From assembly GCA_008632985.1 (NCBI GenBank), contig QPGO01000025.1, positions 496,001 through 560,000 on the forward strand: 64,000 nucleotides of DNA, written 5' to 3'. Below are positions 11,365 through 25,079 of the stretch, piece by piece; within the stretch, counting starts at the first letter, position 1; every line of letters starts with the position of its first letter. Source of the DNA: Psammoneis japonica. Its lineage: Eukaryota. A model generated the notes under the pieces. The model had not been told where the DNA came from and did no database searches. It was given only the letters and a program-made list of their open reading frames with translations. The position numbers and the translations under genes were made by a program.

Positions 11365-14300
11365 TCATGGTAAACATGACGTACAACAGTTGACAGGACA
11401 GACAATGTCACAATCTACCACCAATGACGTGAGATCTACCGCTCGTAGCTCGCAGATTTCACTCGGCATGCTGCCAGTTAAGAGATTATCCTCCAGCAAT
11501 AGCTCTTCCAGACTTTCGATGAGCCCCAGCTCAGACGGGATCGCCAACTCCAACTAAGGCAGCGAAAAGAGAAAAGATTGTTAGGCACGCCCATAAATAT
11601 TGGATTCCATACGTGCCGAGCGCACTAAAACTACTCACGAGATTGCTCTTGAGCGAAAGAGATTCGAGAAAGCCTAGGTTCCCCAGTTCAGTGGGGATGG
11701 TACTTGCAAGGCTGTTGTTGCCCAGGTTAACGAGCTGTAGAGAAGCCAAATCACCGAAGCCGGTTGGAATTGTACCATTCAACATGTTATCATCCAAGAA
11801 TAGGAAGGAAAGCGATTCCAAATTCTCAAACTCGTCCGGGATTTGACCGCCTAATCTGTTTCGGCGGCGTTGAACAACTCTAAACGAGAAAAGAGAGGGA
11901 GCGGCAGAGTTTGAGACGAACAATTTTTGGGCTCGTAGCATATTCAGTAGTCAAACTTATTTCTGTGGCTCATACCGAGGCGAGTTAATCGTCCTATTTC
12001 CGATGGCAGTGCTCCGTCAAGTCGGTTTGTAGCCATTGACAAGCTCAACAAATTGTCCAGATTTCCAAGCTCAGAAGGAAGCATTCCAGAAATGAAGTTT
12101 CGGTCCAGCACCAAGTCTGTGAGTAGTGTCAGAAGACCGATTTCGCTTGGCACTGTCTCAGACAAAAAGTTTCTACTCAAGAACAACGTCTGCATTTCTG
12201 GCATGTCAATCGATGGAGGAATAGACCCAGCAAGAATGTTGCTTGTAATGTTCATTACCCGAGCCTGCGGAAGCTGAAAGAGCGATACAGGGAAGGCTGG
12301 ACCGAGGTTATTTGAACTTATGTCGATAAGTTCAAGTGCAACAAGTGAACTGAAAATATCGGGCACGGGTCCTGAGAGTGAATTCGTAAAGATTTCGAGC
12401 TGTGTTAGGTTGACAAGGTTCTCAAATTCTTGTGGGATTCTGCCATCCAGAGAATTTTCGAACAAGGAAAGAACCTCTAAACACGGAAACGGCGACGCAA
12501 CTTTGAGATTCACAAAACGTCAAAGACACAACTGCGCCTTGCATAGTCTCTTACCAAGGCTCGTCAACAATCCCAACTCAGTGGGGATCGTGCCCTCGAA
12601 ACCATTTATGGCCAACCGGAGGATCACGAGATTTTCGAGCTGTGACAATTCTGTAGGTATTTGTCCATCGAGAAAATTTCGCGTCACGTCAAAGAGCTCT
12701 GCGCTTTCAAGGTTTCCAATTTCTAGAAAAGGGGAGCGGTAATGAAGTTTGAGATCTCACAAAACGTCACTAAACGACGACAAGACCGGTGTATTGTAGA
12801 ACCTTACCACTGGGGATTTCGCCGTTTAATTCATTAAAGAAAACAGTGAGATCAACAAGTTCCGAAAGCGCCCCAATTTCTGATGGTATGCCGCCATTCA
12901 GAAAATTTATAGACAAGTCTATAACGTCCAACGTTGTCATTCTTCCAATGTCTGTGATAATTGCGCCAATTAGGCTGTTTTGTGATAGGAGTAGCATATC
13001 GAGACTTGAAAGGCCACGAAGCTCACTGACAAGCGACCCTACCAGATCATTTTCAGTCAATTCAACCTCCAGAACAACGTCAGCATCACACGAAAGGCCA
13101 AACCACCCTGGCGCTCCAGCAGCGTCTGGGCAAACGCTAGCAGACGTATTCCATCCAGTGTTTTCAACCCAATTCGAGCCACTGGTGGCAAACCAAAACG
13201 TGTTGAGAGAATATCGCTGGATGATTTCCAGGTGATCATCTGGATTGTTTGGATCCAACTCTGGATTTGTAGCCAATAGGGACAAGAACGCCAAGTTTTG
13301 CGGTGTGCCAGGCGTTGTTAAGGATCCATCGTCTGTCAGAGTGATGGTGAGAAACTCCAACAGTGTGATTTCGCCCTGTGTGGGACTGGTAGTTGTCGTT
13401 GGAGAAGTAGTCGAGGAAGATGGTGATGGTTCTAATGTTGGCTCTACCGTTGGTACTATTGTGGGCGCTATCGTCGGACCAGCAGCCGGATTAACAGTGG
13501 TAGGAGCAATCGTTGGTTTTGCAGTAGGTGATGCTGTTGGACCAGGCACAGGACTTGCGGTGGTAGGAGCATTCGTCGGTTCCGCCGTTGGTATCGCAAC
13601 TGGTGGGCCAGACACCGGACTAGCAGTGGTAGGAGTAATCGTCGATGACGGCTCTGTTGGTTGTGATGTGGGTTCGGCCGTTGGCAGATCAGTCTCTGAC
13701 GGACCTGAAGTGAGCGAGGGCGACGTCGTCGCGGCTGGAGGGCTTGACGGCGTGCTCGGTGGTCCCGGTGAGGGCGAGATTGTCGGTCGCAAAAAGAAGT
13801 TGTTTGCGTTTCTTTCTAGAGGATCATGGTTGTGCCTTTCTGCCAGTGCTTCGGCACTCTCAGTCGCATTAAATTCGTCTTCTGTGGGCGCCGGACTGAT
13901 TGTATCTTGAACTGGCGCAACAGACGGGGGACTGGGAGATGCAACTGGTGGTGGGGTAACCGTAGGTGTGGACAAAGTGGGAGAACCCGTAGAAGATACA
14001 ACTGGTGGTGGGGTACCCGTAGGTGCAGACAAAGTGGGAGAACCTGTAGAAGGCACCACTGGTGGAGGGGTGCTGCCTGTCGGCGGAGAAACAGTTGGAG
14101 GGGTAACCGTAGGTGCAGACAAAGTGGGAGAACCCGTAGAAGATACAACTGGTGGTGGGGTACCCGTAGGTGCAGACAAAGTGGGAGAACCTGTAGAAGG
14201 CACAATTGGTGGAGGGGTGCTGCCTGTCGGCGAAGAAATAGTTGGAGACATGGTCTGTGGCTCGGTACCTACCGCTGACGGGGAGTCGCTGGGTGAGGCT

Positions 14301-14518
14301 GTTGCCGGTGGTGTCCCTCCAGCAGACGGAGATTGCGAAGGACTCACACCTTGAGAAGGAGCCCCAGTTGTTCCTTCACTAGTTGGCTCTGCTGTTGGAG
14401 TTGTGGTCGGGAGTGCAGTTGGCTGTGCCACTGTGATCCTCAAAAAACAAAGTGCCACCATTGCAATTACCATGGAAGCCCGAGAGAGGGACGTCTTTTG
14501 AAGGCGTTGAGTATTCAT
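11365..14518 (-). CDS. Secreted leucine-rich-repeat protein with Pro/Thr mucin-like stalk (multi-exon)
   Basis: Signal peptide, PT-rich region, IIQRYSL..FWFATSGSNW..NTGW LRR cap, and plant-type LxLxxNxLxGxIPxEIGxL repeats across ORFs 12770-14572, 11944-12513, 11531-11941 and 11365-11553. Ends in CPVNCCTSC. Confidence 0.85.
13942..14248. repeat. Coding tandem repeat, 2 x 147 bp (49 aa) with internal sub-repeats
   Basis: PTGSTPPP.VPSTGSPTLSAPTGTPPPVVSSTGSPTLS.PTVTPP occurs twice. Confidence 0.9.
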
Positions 14519-15652
14519 ATTCTTCCTTTTGAGAATGTGATTGCAGCAACAACAAATACGACGGTCACACAAGATTGATTTGTGGCCTTGTTTGTGGCAT
14601 CACGTGCGACTCGACAAAAAATCATGAGAGCACCGACATTTTTTGAAAGTTTGTGCCTACGTAAAATGCTGTACTCATTCTACTTGTATCAGGTAAAAAG
14701 AAGCCCATTGACTATTTTTCGTGGATACATAAGATTCGTAGATTGTTACATACATTCCCCGTCTTTACGTTATCGATATATCACATCACATAATTTATGT
14801 GTGGCACATCTGTAATATTTGAGATAAACACATGTATTCAATCATATATTCAGTATCAAGTATTGTGAAAAATTTTTGTTCATTCACATGGAACAACGGA
14901 AATCGGGCGATACAATAGTAAGTACAGTATGCAGTACTGTACAGTATCGGTACTCTCAATTATGGCTCATATCCGTTTGATCACGCGGATCCGCGACCTT
15001 ACAATGAGTCTGTAAAAGCTATTGTAGGTAGAATTCATACCAAGTTTCACGGGATCATTCTTCGCGTGCGTGTCGAGTTCTTCTCGGGTCGCGCAACGCA
15101 CGAAAAGCACACACAAAAAGCAACGCGCGGAACAAGTCAGCACGCGGTCGTTGTTGACGAAGGTGAGTGCGCTCGATGCGTGCATGGATGAACGACATGG
15201 CTTGTTCATGCGCCGCTCGGTGTGAGTATCTTGTGATGGGCGCGAGGATCGTTTGTTGTGTTGGCAGTTGGATCTGATGCAGTGACAATGTCGTTGTGGC
15301 CGGTGGCCGTTCGTACCGTGCACGGTAGGCTGGTACATACCGCCGTAGAATTGTAAGGCGTTGCTACATGGCGTTGTCGAGCTTGCGAGATGTCTATGTC
15401 GACGGGGTTGGAATCATCCAAACTCGTTTACGCGCCGAGGAAGCGATTTTTGCTTCTCCTTTGGAGACTCTCCTCAGAAGTCGCGTTGAGCGGTACCTTC
15501 CTTACGCTTCGATTACTGTCTGAGTCGTCTTGCAATGGGCGTTCCTACCTCAACGGTATGTTTGCGGTACGGCAGCTAACAGATACTTCTCCTCGTTTGT
15601 TGTTCTCCCGTAGGTCGTATAACTCCACTCGAAGTAACTACCAGCAACAAGA

Positions 15653-16725
15653 ATGGAAGAAACTCCAGATACTCCCATCCCACAAGACGCTTCGGCTGCT
15701 GATGGTAAGGTCATCTTGCCCTGTCCAGAAGAGTTCGCCCCCGATGAAAGCTCGCGTCTCGGACGAGCCAACGGTAACGTCTACCATCGTAGACCCGGAG
15801 TCGATGGTATCAATGATGGTCAGGTCATGGTTCGTCTCAAGAAGAAGCGATTCATTGTTCTGGACTACAGCATTGCACCCGAAGAGGCGCCGGACGATGC
15901 GGTTTTGCCTGATGGCGCTGGCAAGCAGAAGTGCATCTCTCCTGAGTGCACTAAAGTAGGAGTCCCGGTTCTCCTCTTTGACTCTGAACCCAGCGAACCC
16001 TCGTCGTTGTACATGAGATCCGGCTTGTGTTTCACTTGCCAGCGTACGCTCAATGAGAAGCGACGTACGCAGCGAAAGAGGAAGAGCGAAGATGGAGAGA
16101 CTCCTACTGTTCGCGCCGGGAGTAAGAAGAAGGCCAGGCTTACGAGTGGCGAAACCATCCAGCTCTCTGGTGATGCCATTGTTATCAATGGCCCCGTGGA
16201 CGGTGCAAAACCCCATGGTGAGGGATACACTTTTAACGAAATCGGTCAGGACCTCCAGACCGCCATCCGGGAAGCTTCAGAAGATACAGACCGCCTGGTC
16301 ACAGCAAGCGAAGACATTACGAGCCTCTACGAAAAGGCGTCCACCTCCCTCAAGAAGGCCGTCTATCTCATGTCCCAGTGGAAAGGATCCTGGGATGCGG
16401 CGATTGCCGCTGCCGTTGCGCAGGAAACTGTTGCCGATGCCGGACTTGCCGACGCCGGTAAGTTGTAAAAGTGTAAGACGCTAACTACACTCTGTAAATG
16501 TGGCAACCGGTATGTTGAAAGTGCTCACGTTCGTGCTGCTTGATATTGTTAGTTGCCTCAGCGGCTGCGGTCGTGGCGGCAGCTGGTTTGGAAACACAGG
16601 ATCAGAGTTCTACCAACATGATTCCTCTCTTACTTGCTGCTGAAGCCAAGGGGGATGACGGTGCCAAGAAGGAGGGGAAGACCGAAGGGGGTAGTGGGGA
16701 AAACGTAGAAATGTTCTCCGTGTAG
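15653..16725 (+). CDS. Hypothetical protein (Cys motif and basic NLS-like stretch); intron 16458-16552
   Basis: 271-aa ORF with CISPEC...GLCFTCQRTLNEKRRTQRKRK. A GTAAGT..TAG intron joins it in frame to ORF 16540-16725. Confidence 0.75.
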
Positions 16726-16794
16726 GAGCATGGGCGTGGTGTTCTTTAAAGGATGCATGTAATACAAGTCGATAGTTGGGAATTAGTTGTTTAT

Positions 16795-19700
16795 TTATTT
16801 CTTCTTGCCTTTCTTCTTTTTCTTCTTCTTTGATGACTTCTTAGACGAATGTGATGATTCCTTCTCTTGGATCGCTTTGCTGCCGGCTTCAATTGCGGCT
16901 TCCTTTATGATTTTCGAAATCTTCTCACAGGAACTCTTTACAGCATGGCTCTCTGTCTCGCCCTCAAGAGATTCAAGTGGCTCAACGAGCTTTTGAAATT
17001 GATTCAGGAGTTCTTCGTTAGAAGACATTGAATTCTCTCGTGCAAAAACGACAACCTTATCAGCTGCTTTAAGAACGTCCCGTATTCTTTTTGTTTTTCG
17101 CATATCGTCGTCTTGAAGTGCTTCCACAAAGCTCTTGGCAGCTTGAGGGACTGCATCTCGAAGAGCCTTGATACCCATTGATTCGAGTTCTGATACAGAT
17201 TCGATTTTCTGATCTTTAGCTGTTGCAAAGATGTTGCCGAGCAATCGAAACGCTTCGGTCTTCAAAAATGGCGATCTTGCCTGATCCGTCGCTGTTATCA
17301 AAGGCGAAGCTAAGGCAGTTTGAGCAAGGCTAGAGCGAAGCAAGTTATATGCAACGAACATAAGTGAGAGGAAACTGCTCGAAAAAAGAAGGGCCACGAA
17401 ACAATATCTTACCTCGGACACTGTTGAATGAAGTCTTCGAACATGATAGTGTTCAAGCGCGTTGCTCGCCTTGTGCTCCATTCACCAACTGCAACTCCGT
17501 ACACTGACGCCGCAGCAGCCATTCTTTCTGGCTCTTGAATTGACCGCATCGTCATAACCAACGCCGAGCTGCAACAAGAAGAATGCCCGCTTTCTCCACT
17601 TTTCTTCATATCAGTCAGTATTCGAGACGCCAAGTCAGATACGTACTGCGGAAACTCTGCTGCGTTAGTACATGTCATCGGAGACAAGCGCAGCTTGCAT
17701 ATCTTGCTCTTCAGAAGCGTGGTAAGCCGATCCACTAGCGCTCTCTTTTCATTGTCAGCCCCTCCCTTCTTCCCAGCAATTGCAGAACTGGCCAGTGATT
17801 TTTCAAGAACTCGCCTTTGACGCAGCAAGGGAACCAGCAGACGCAAAGCCACCTCCTTATCAACAAGGATGGTTTCTGATCGTGATGAGTTAATCGCAAC
17901 AGCTATCGTCTCAATTAGCACGAGGCAGCGAAGGTAATTGGAGAACTCCAACTTTTCCTTCGCTTGCTTCCCAGCTTTTCGCGCTTCTTGCTTAAGTTTG
18001 ATGAGCTTACCCAAGGCGGCGTCGGCGCCGGCATGGTGCTCGAGCACGCCTTCATTATCGGAACCTAGTTCAGCGTCACTGTCTTCAAGCAACAATGACT
18101 CCAGCTTTTTGGGGTCTAGTTCTACGTCGTCGTCACTATCGCCTTTTCCTTCTCCGCTGTTGTCTGCTAAGGTCATTGTGTCCATATCGTCTTCGCCGTC
18201 CAACGCCTCCGCTGCCGCTGCAGTGAACACTACCTCTTCCTCAGAGTTCAACTCGGTGTCTTCTTGGTCGGAATCGATATCTTCTTCCATTTCATCTGCA
18301 GAATTTTCGCGTTCTTCGCCCCCTTCAGTGCCGTCAGCAGCTCCAACTGCACTCAAAAGAAAATCTACAACCTCTTCGTTCAGAAGATGCGATCTTTTTG
18401 TCTCTGAAGGACTGGATATCAGAGCTGCAGCAGCTAACCCATTTGCCCACAAAGACTTTACAGATTCCCTGATAATCTTGGGCGATCCACCACGTGTCTG
18501 ACTCCCGTAACATAATGGCGACGAAAGGATACTGGCAGATAGTTCTGCAAGCGCAAGCAGTGGATTTTCAATATCTTCGTCTGCGCTTTCACCCAGAAGA
18601 CCCTTCACAATGTCCGGCAAGTCCGAAATCATTTCAAGGATGTCCTCGCGATCATCATCACCATCGTCTTCTGAATCTACGTCGTCTTCGTCGTCTCCTT
18701 CCTTCGCACTACCACAGCTAAGCAAGTTCAGAAACAACACCGTCATTAGCTGCGCAGATCTAAGCGCAAACTTTGCTTTTGAATCCGATTCTTTCGCTTC
18801 TGTCGTCGAAGCAGCCACTGTCTTTGCATAGGACATAAATTCGTTGACTAATTTTTTCGCCTTCGGCGTGTCCAGGTCGTTTTCTCCAATGCTTTCTTCA
18901 TCAGTCATAAATGATACCGCACCTCTTTCTTCGAGACAAGTTAGGCCACGAATGGCGCTTTCCGTAATGCCGAGACTTTTTTCTTCCTTTGAGCCCACGT
19001 CTACAACAGTATCCTTTTCTTCCGAAGAAGATGCCCGCTTATGGGCAACAGCTACGAGGTAGTCTCCTAGTACCGAGTAGAACCGCGAAGACAAGGCAGC
19101 GCGGACCTTGTATGGAATCAGAACTTTGCCACTATCAACGGAAAGAACGCCATGAATAAACATTCCGGCAGAAACCGCGGGATGTAAACCAACCGCACTC
19201 TCGCTCTTGTCGGGTTTTTTCTTCCTTTTCTTCTTCTTCTTGCTAGACATTGCAGATGTCGCTGGTTCATCGTTTGAAATTTTTGAACAGTCGAAAAAGG
19301 CAGAAGCCATCAGAAAGCCCAAAGTGTCCTCGAAAACTTTGGATTGGAACTCGTTAAGTCTGCCAGGATCGTCGTTTTCAGACTGAACCCGAAGGATCTG
19401 CTTGACGGCATTGTAGAGTAAATCAACGTATCCCAGAGCTTGATATGAATTTGAACCCGCATCGACATCCGGTTCCTCTCCTTTGTCCGAGGGGCTCTCT
19501 AGAATGCTGCGCTTCAGAAATTCCAAGTATTTCGTCCACATTGAAAAGCGCGCTTCTAATCGCTCATCTCCAATATCAGAAGCGAGAACAGTGTCACCCA
19601 AGAGAAGAACGACGGGGACGGTTCTTGTTTTTGTACGAGAATCAAATCGAGGGTCACAACGAAGCAGAGCCCTTGCAAAAGCCAAGCGCCGCTCGCAAGC

Positions 19701-21155
19701 GTCCGCATCATCGTCGGCTTCCTGCGGAAGAACTGATTCCAACACGTGGAGAGCCAGAGGCTTTAGCATGTGCTGCTGGTGATTGGATCCTGGCTTTCCG
19801 CCCGCTGCAATCACGTCCAAAAACAGTCGCTGTACGACCACTGGACACAAAATTACGTTCTCCAACACGTCCGTGTCCAACCTTAATACTGCGGTCCCTG
19901 CGGTAAATGACTTGTATTTTCCTCCACAAAGCGTCTTTACTAGGGTAAGAGCCAGCGCTCTTCGTTCGTGAGTAGTATTGGATTTCTTACCACTATCTGA
20001 AGCGCCTAGTAGTGATTCAATAACAACGACGCGGAATAAGGCGGAAACTACGTCAAGACAGCTTTCGCTGCTGGCCGGAGCATGTTCGCGAAGCTGGCAT
20101 TGGGACACTCGCTTGTCGGATCCTCCTGCTTCGCCACCCGTGGTGAGTGCCGACCATATAACATCCCATACCAAATGAGTTCTTGGATGCACCACATGGC
20201 TGGTAGACATTAAAGCTTCGCTCAAATGAGCCATACTGTCAGACGACAAGACAGCTTCATCCAGTGGAAACGGCAAGGACTTGTTGCTGGTATTCGCCTG
20301 GACGTGGACAGCAACGGCAATTTGTTCTGGTGTGTATTGCTGCAGCAAGGAATCTCTCTCTTCACTGTTGTTTTCGCCAATCAAAAGCTTCGGAACTATC
20401 ACTTGCGTCACAACCTTGTTTGCCACTGACTGGAAGGCTAAAGTTCCGTCCCCACCACTCGGAAACGAGCTCAAAAGCGCCAGAATGCCCTGAGCAGCAG
20501 GTTCTCTCATCCATTTCTTGTGTTTATAGAGATCGACTAGATCGTTGGTATATCCAATGATGACTTCTTCCAGATCACTGGAGGAGTCGCCTATGAAAAA
20601 GATACCACTCCGAATCACACCGAGAATCCCAAAGATACGCCCGAAACAATAGTCACGTTCTTCTGATCCCTTCTTCTTGCCAAACTTGCCAGTCTGAGCC
20701 TGCTTTGCGTCAGTTGTAACCAAAAGACGATTTCTAACAAATACCAAAGCAGATTCGTCCTTGTAATCTCCAGTATACTCTCCCTTTATGTCATCAATCA
20801 TGCCCTGCTGAAACGCAATCTTTAGAAATGACGTCAAAGCAGAAGCATACCCTTGACGGGCAGAGGCCCGACCAGAACACAATCCGTTAAACAGCCGCTT
20901 TAACGCATAGGCAGCATCCTTGGTATTCGAGTTGGGTCCCAACAAACAATGCTTCAACAAATCATGAGCCGCTTGGGCCCGATCTGCCACCGATGAGGAC
21001 GATAAGCCGTAAAACGTGTCGAGAAAGGGCACCTCGTCGTCATCGGAGTTTGGCACTACTTGTTCTTTCTCGTCTTCAATTTCCATTTCATCAGCAGATG
21101 AGTCATCATCCTCTGATTCCGGATCATCTGGAAGGACGCGTTTCTTTGGCATCAT
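16795..21155 (-). CDS. DNA polymerase V / Myb-binding protein 1A (Pol5/MYBBP1A) family; intron 17330-17412
   Basis: FLDTFYGLSS, YALKRLFNGLCSGRASARQGYASAL, EERDYCFGRIFG, DAALGKLIKLK and a Lys-rich C-terminus. Confidence 0.82.
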
Positions 21156-21582
21156 GGTGGTCTATGGAATGAATACAAAGAAATGAGGCAGGCATTGGCA
21201 CGTTGGAAGAAAATCGGTGGTTGGAACATCGGAGGAAAATCTTCGCGGTTGAAATTTTTGCGGTGTTGCCGGCACGCATCATAACCTTTTATTTTCACAG
21301 AAAATATTACTTTCTGTTGGAGCGACGAGCAGACGAGGGTGCGACAGATGGACAGAATTGAAGCAATCTTTTTTGTTTTTTGCAATTTTTTGACGAAAGA
21401 CTTCTCTCCCTCCTGCACTGTACCGGTACGTATAAGCGAGAAAAATAGAGAGGTGCCGCGGCCGGTAGTCCAAACTGGGAGGTCCAAGAAGAAGAGCCAC
21501 TCCAGAGGGAACAGGAAAGGACGACTCCTTTGGCTTTCGTTTCCTGTGTGTGTCGTTTGACACAATCGCAAAACCAATCACC

Positions 21583-22497
21583 ATGGCACCACCCCTCGCG
21601 GCACGTCTCTCGTACGACGATATCAAAGCCATGTCCTACGAGGACTTGCAAGGTCGTTGCCGTGATGCCAACCTCAAGACGACGGGCACGGCCGCCAAGT
21701 TGCGACAGCGTCTTGGTGCCTGGGCTCGCCAAGACAATGCCAAACGTCCCAGAAGTGATCCTGTCGATGACTTGACGTGTCCCATTACCATGGACGTTTT
21801 GTTTGACCCCGTCATGGCGATGGATGGACGGGTCTATGAACGCCAGGCTATTGAAAAGCACTTTGGCGGCGCTGCCCGCGCCAGATCACCCGTCACCAAC
21901 GCAAAGATCAACACAACATTGGTTCCTTCCCCTCAAATGCGGAGCCTCGTGGAATCCATGATTGAAAATGGAATGATTACTGGACAGTTGTTGGAAAATT
22001 GGAATGCCAAGAAAAAGGAAAAAGAAGAAATGGATGCCCTCATTGCCGAGGCGCAAGGAGGCGATGCTGACGCCATGTACCGTGTCGGGATGAATTACCA
22101 CCATGGATTATCTGGCTTTGAAGAGAACGAAAAACTTGGCTTTCAATGGGTCAAAGAAGCCCAACAAAAAGGCAACATGTCGGCCGACTACATGTTGGGG
22201 AATTTCTACCTTCATGGAACTGGCGTCGCTGTGAACAAAAAATTGGGACTCATGTATCTAGGATATGCAGCTGGCAAGGGATATAGAAAGGCGGCCATGG
22301 ACATGGGTGACATATTTTCCAAGGGAAAACACGGTGTGAAGCCATGCACCGAGACGGCCATTCACTGGTACGGGTCGGTATCGAATCATCGACGTGCTCG
22401 AAGACGTTTGCAAGATTTGGAACGAGAGGCACCTGCCTATTGTGTGGAAGCTTTGCGAGAATACTTGCAATTGTCGGATGAAAGTGAGGGTGCTTAG
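21583..22497 (+). CDS. SAP-like + U-box + Sel1-repeat protein
   Basis: MSYEDLQGRCRDANLKTTGTAAKLRQRL (SAP-like), LTCPITMDVLFDPVMAMDGRVYERQAI (U-box), GDADAMYRVG / YMLGNFYLHGTGV (Sel1). Confidence 0.85.
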   Translation: MAPPLAARLSYDDIKAMSYEDLQGRCRDANLKTTGTAAKLRQRLGAWARQDNAKRPRSDPVDDLTCPITMDVLFDPVMAMDGRVYERQAIEKHFGGAARARSPVTNAKINTTLVPSPQMRSLVESMIENGMITGQLLENWNAKKKEKEEMDALIAEAQGGDADAMYRVGMNYHHGLSGFEENEKLGFQWVKEAQQKGNMSADYMLGNFYLHGTGVAVNKKLGLMYLGYAAGKGYRKAAMDMGDIFSKGKHGVKPCTETAIHWYGSVSNHRRARRRLQDLEREAPAYCVEALREYLQLSDESEGA

Positions 22498-22599
22498 TTC
22501 CTTCAAAAAAGTAACCTAGTTTAGATGTGGTCTCTCGGTGTACCCTTATCTACACCCTTATCTACCGCTGTGTTCACTGATGCGCATGAAGATAATTTG

Positions 22600-23600
22600 C
22601 TGAACATGTTGCAACAGAAAATGGGGTTGTTGAAGGTGCCGTGCATGTGTTGTTCGTGCGCAAGATGAACCCGATGAGCTTGTGAATGAAGAGGATGAGC
22701 GCATGGATCAGTTGTCCATTGAAGGCTCAGCATTTGATGAGGACAATCACCAAGTTAGTCGTGATGTGTTGAACAGATGTCTTCTGAACGCACCTGGTTG
22801 GGCATGATTCAGGATTGTGATGTCGCCAAAAATGGAAAAGCTGCATTTTGGTCATTGGCAAATTGCTGCAATGGTGGAGGAGAGAGTTGAGCAAGAGGGC
22901 TGTGTTGGCAAAAAGTGTGATCAAGATTGCACATTGTGAGAATGAGAGAGCACACTCATTCAATGTGCCAACAAAGAAATTGAAAAAGCACTCACAACTT
23001 TGGACAAAGATCCAGATTTGAAATGCTCCAATCATCAGAAAATGGAAGTGCTCTTAAATTGCAGTTGTGCAGCAGACATGAATTGGTCACATCGAAAGCA
23101 GTGATCAGCCAGAGTTGCACCAGTGACATCAGCAGAGTGTGTGCTTGTTTCTCGGCTCAAGTTTCTCAATGCACAGGGACACACACAAATTGAAACTCGG
23201 CATCATTCAAAGTTCAAGATTTCTGAGATTTCTCAGTGGCAGACATGTTCATGGACATGGAGGACAAGGACATGCGGGGGGTGGCAGAGGACAATGTGGT
23301 CATGGGATTGATGACAGCCATGGAGAGGAACTTGGTTGTGGTTGTCTTGGATGATGTGATGGTGTTCATGGACACAATGTCAAAAAAAAACTGCAATGTG
23401 AAATAAAAAAATGTGGAGCAACAGCCACATGGACATTGCCATGTCATGGTGAGCAAGAAGCACAGCACTGACCACAGCTGACTCATTTTTAATTTTTTGA
23501 TGACATCCATGCACTGCATCATCATGCATCATCTGACAACAATGGGCAACACAACATCATGCCAGAGCACAATGAACAACAAAAGAACACAACAAAGACA
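22600..23600 (+). mobile_element. Degraded diatom Ty1/copia-like gag fragment
   Basis: Broken reading GSAFDEDNHQV..PGWA(W)IQDCDVAKNGKAAFWSLANCCNGGGE..LSKRAVLAK..ENER..KALTTLDKDPDLKCSNHQKMEVLL followed by a Gly-rich tract. Resembles diatom copia gag (recognised from memory, not searched). Confidence 0.6.
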
Positions 23601-23629
23601 ACAGTGCTGGAGACTTTTGCACAAGGTTA

Positions 23630-24200
23630 GAGTGACGTGCACAGATGATGCAATCCCACATTGTCTCAAGCAGCACACAGCCAACTGCAGCTGATTTCAC
23701 ATCTTGCAAAGTTCTAAAAATGATTTTTGGTTTGTTGACACATGGCAGCAGCAGCAGCACACATCTCTTGAGCAACACAACAATGATGTTAGAGCAACAA
23801 AGCAAAGAACAAAAGAAAGATGAAGACAATGACACTGGAGACTTCAGCACAGCACACAGCATTTGCGTGTGATGAAACAAAGAGAGGTTTGCTTCAACAA
23901 AGCCTGTGATGGTGTTCTTTGCATGCTGCAGTGTTTTCATTTTGACACATGGGCAACAATGGATGCGCACCACATTGCAGTGCAGGTGGGCATCAATCAA
24001 GAGTTGCTCCATGATGAAAGACGCTCTAAATCCAGATCTTTGTGAGAGAGGCAGTGACAAGGTCCTTTTGCAGAAAAATGTGCCTTGTGTGGGAGATCTC
24101 TGCCCAAAACAAAGATTTTCTGATTCACTTTGAAAGAGTCCTTGCTGCAGGCTGGACAAAGCCATCACCAATGGAAGTGCATTTGGGGCAAAAATGGGCC
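23630..24200. pseudogene. Module copy 1: upstream region and 5' end of the MYND-SET gene joined by a deletion to the spacer and SNF2 3' end
   Basis: 23630-23710 resembles 25566-25650; 23780-23892 resembles 25780-25885; 23899-24180 resembles 26845-27110. Confidence 0.8.
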
Positions 24201-25079
24201 ATCTTGGCAAGCCAGGATGCAGCTTTTGCTTGCCCATGAGCAGAGACAAAAGGTTTCAGCACAGCAAGGCTGAGCAACATTGTTGTTGTCTCTGCCAACA
24301 TGTCTGCTTGACAAGCAAACATGTGCCACAGGCCATGGAAAGGAGCTGGTGTCCTTGCTGTGTCATCTTGTTCTTTTTTTGCAGCAAGAAATCTCACACT
24401 CTCCCTCAGGAGAGAAGAAGTCAGTCTAAACAACTGAGGCAGAAAAGCCAAAACAGAGCATCTTGTTGTCCATGCTGCACGCTGTCATCCTCTGTGTGGT
24501 GATGCATGATGAAACTTCAAGAGAGTGTGCCCCCTTTGTCTTCTGTGTGAATCCTTGCATCCTGAGTGGTTGTGACCTCAGCAAATGTGCTGGTGTGTCA
24601 GCTCATCCAACTGCAATTTTCCATGCTGCAATCCCTTGGTGTGATCATCTGTGTCACACCCCCTTGCCCTTCAACCTTCAACTGGTTTTCCATGTCAAGC
24701 CCCCACCCAGAAACATGCCTGCTGCTGGTGACTTTGTTGCTGGCTGGATTGGACCCAGAAACTCTCAAGCAGTTTGTGCCAAAGCCTTTGCTGCTGCAAT
24801 GCATCCAACACATCCCCCAATCTTCTCCAATGCCTGTTTGTGCTGGGAAGCATCTTTCCCATGGTGTTTGTCTGGGAAGCTCTCTGTTGAACAACCAGTG
24901 TCAGCAAGTTGACACTCACCACGTCTGCCACAGCACATTGCTGCATCATCATCCTAAAGCTGTTGACTCCATTGTGAGCACTCCCTTTGTGATCAACTTG
25001 TCTTGTTGTCTGCTTTGGAGTTCAGCGGTCAAATCAAGATGCCCAACAGCCCAAGTGCTGAGCTAGACAAAGATCATTG

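Noticed and set aside
13245..14354. Long plus-strand Val/Gly-rich ORFs
   Set aside because: Antisense shadows of the Pro/Thr repeat of the LRR gene.
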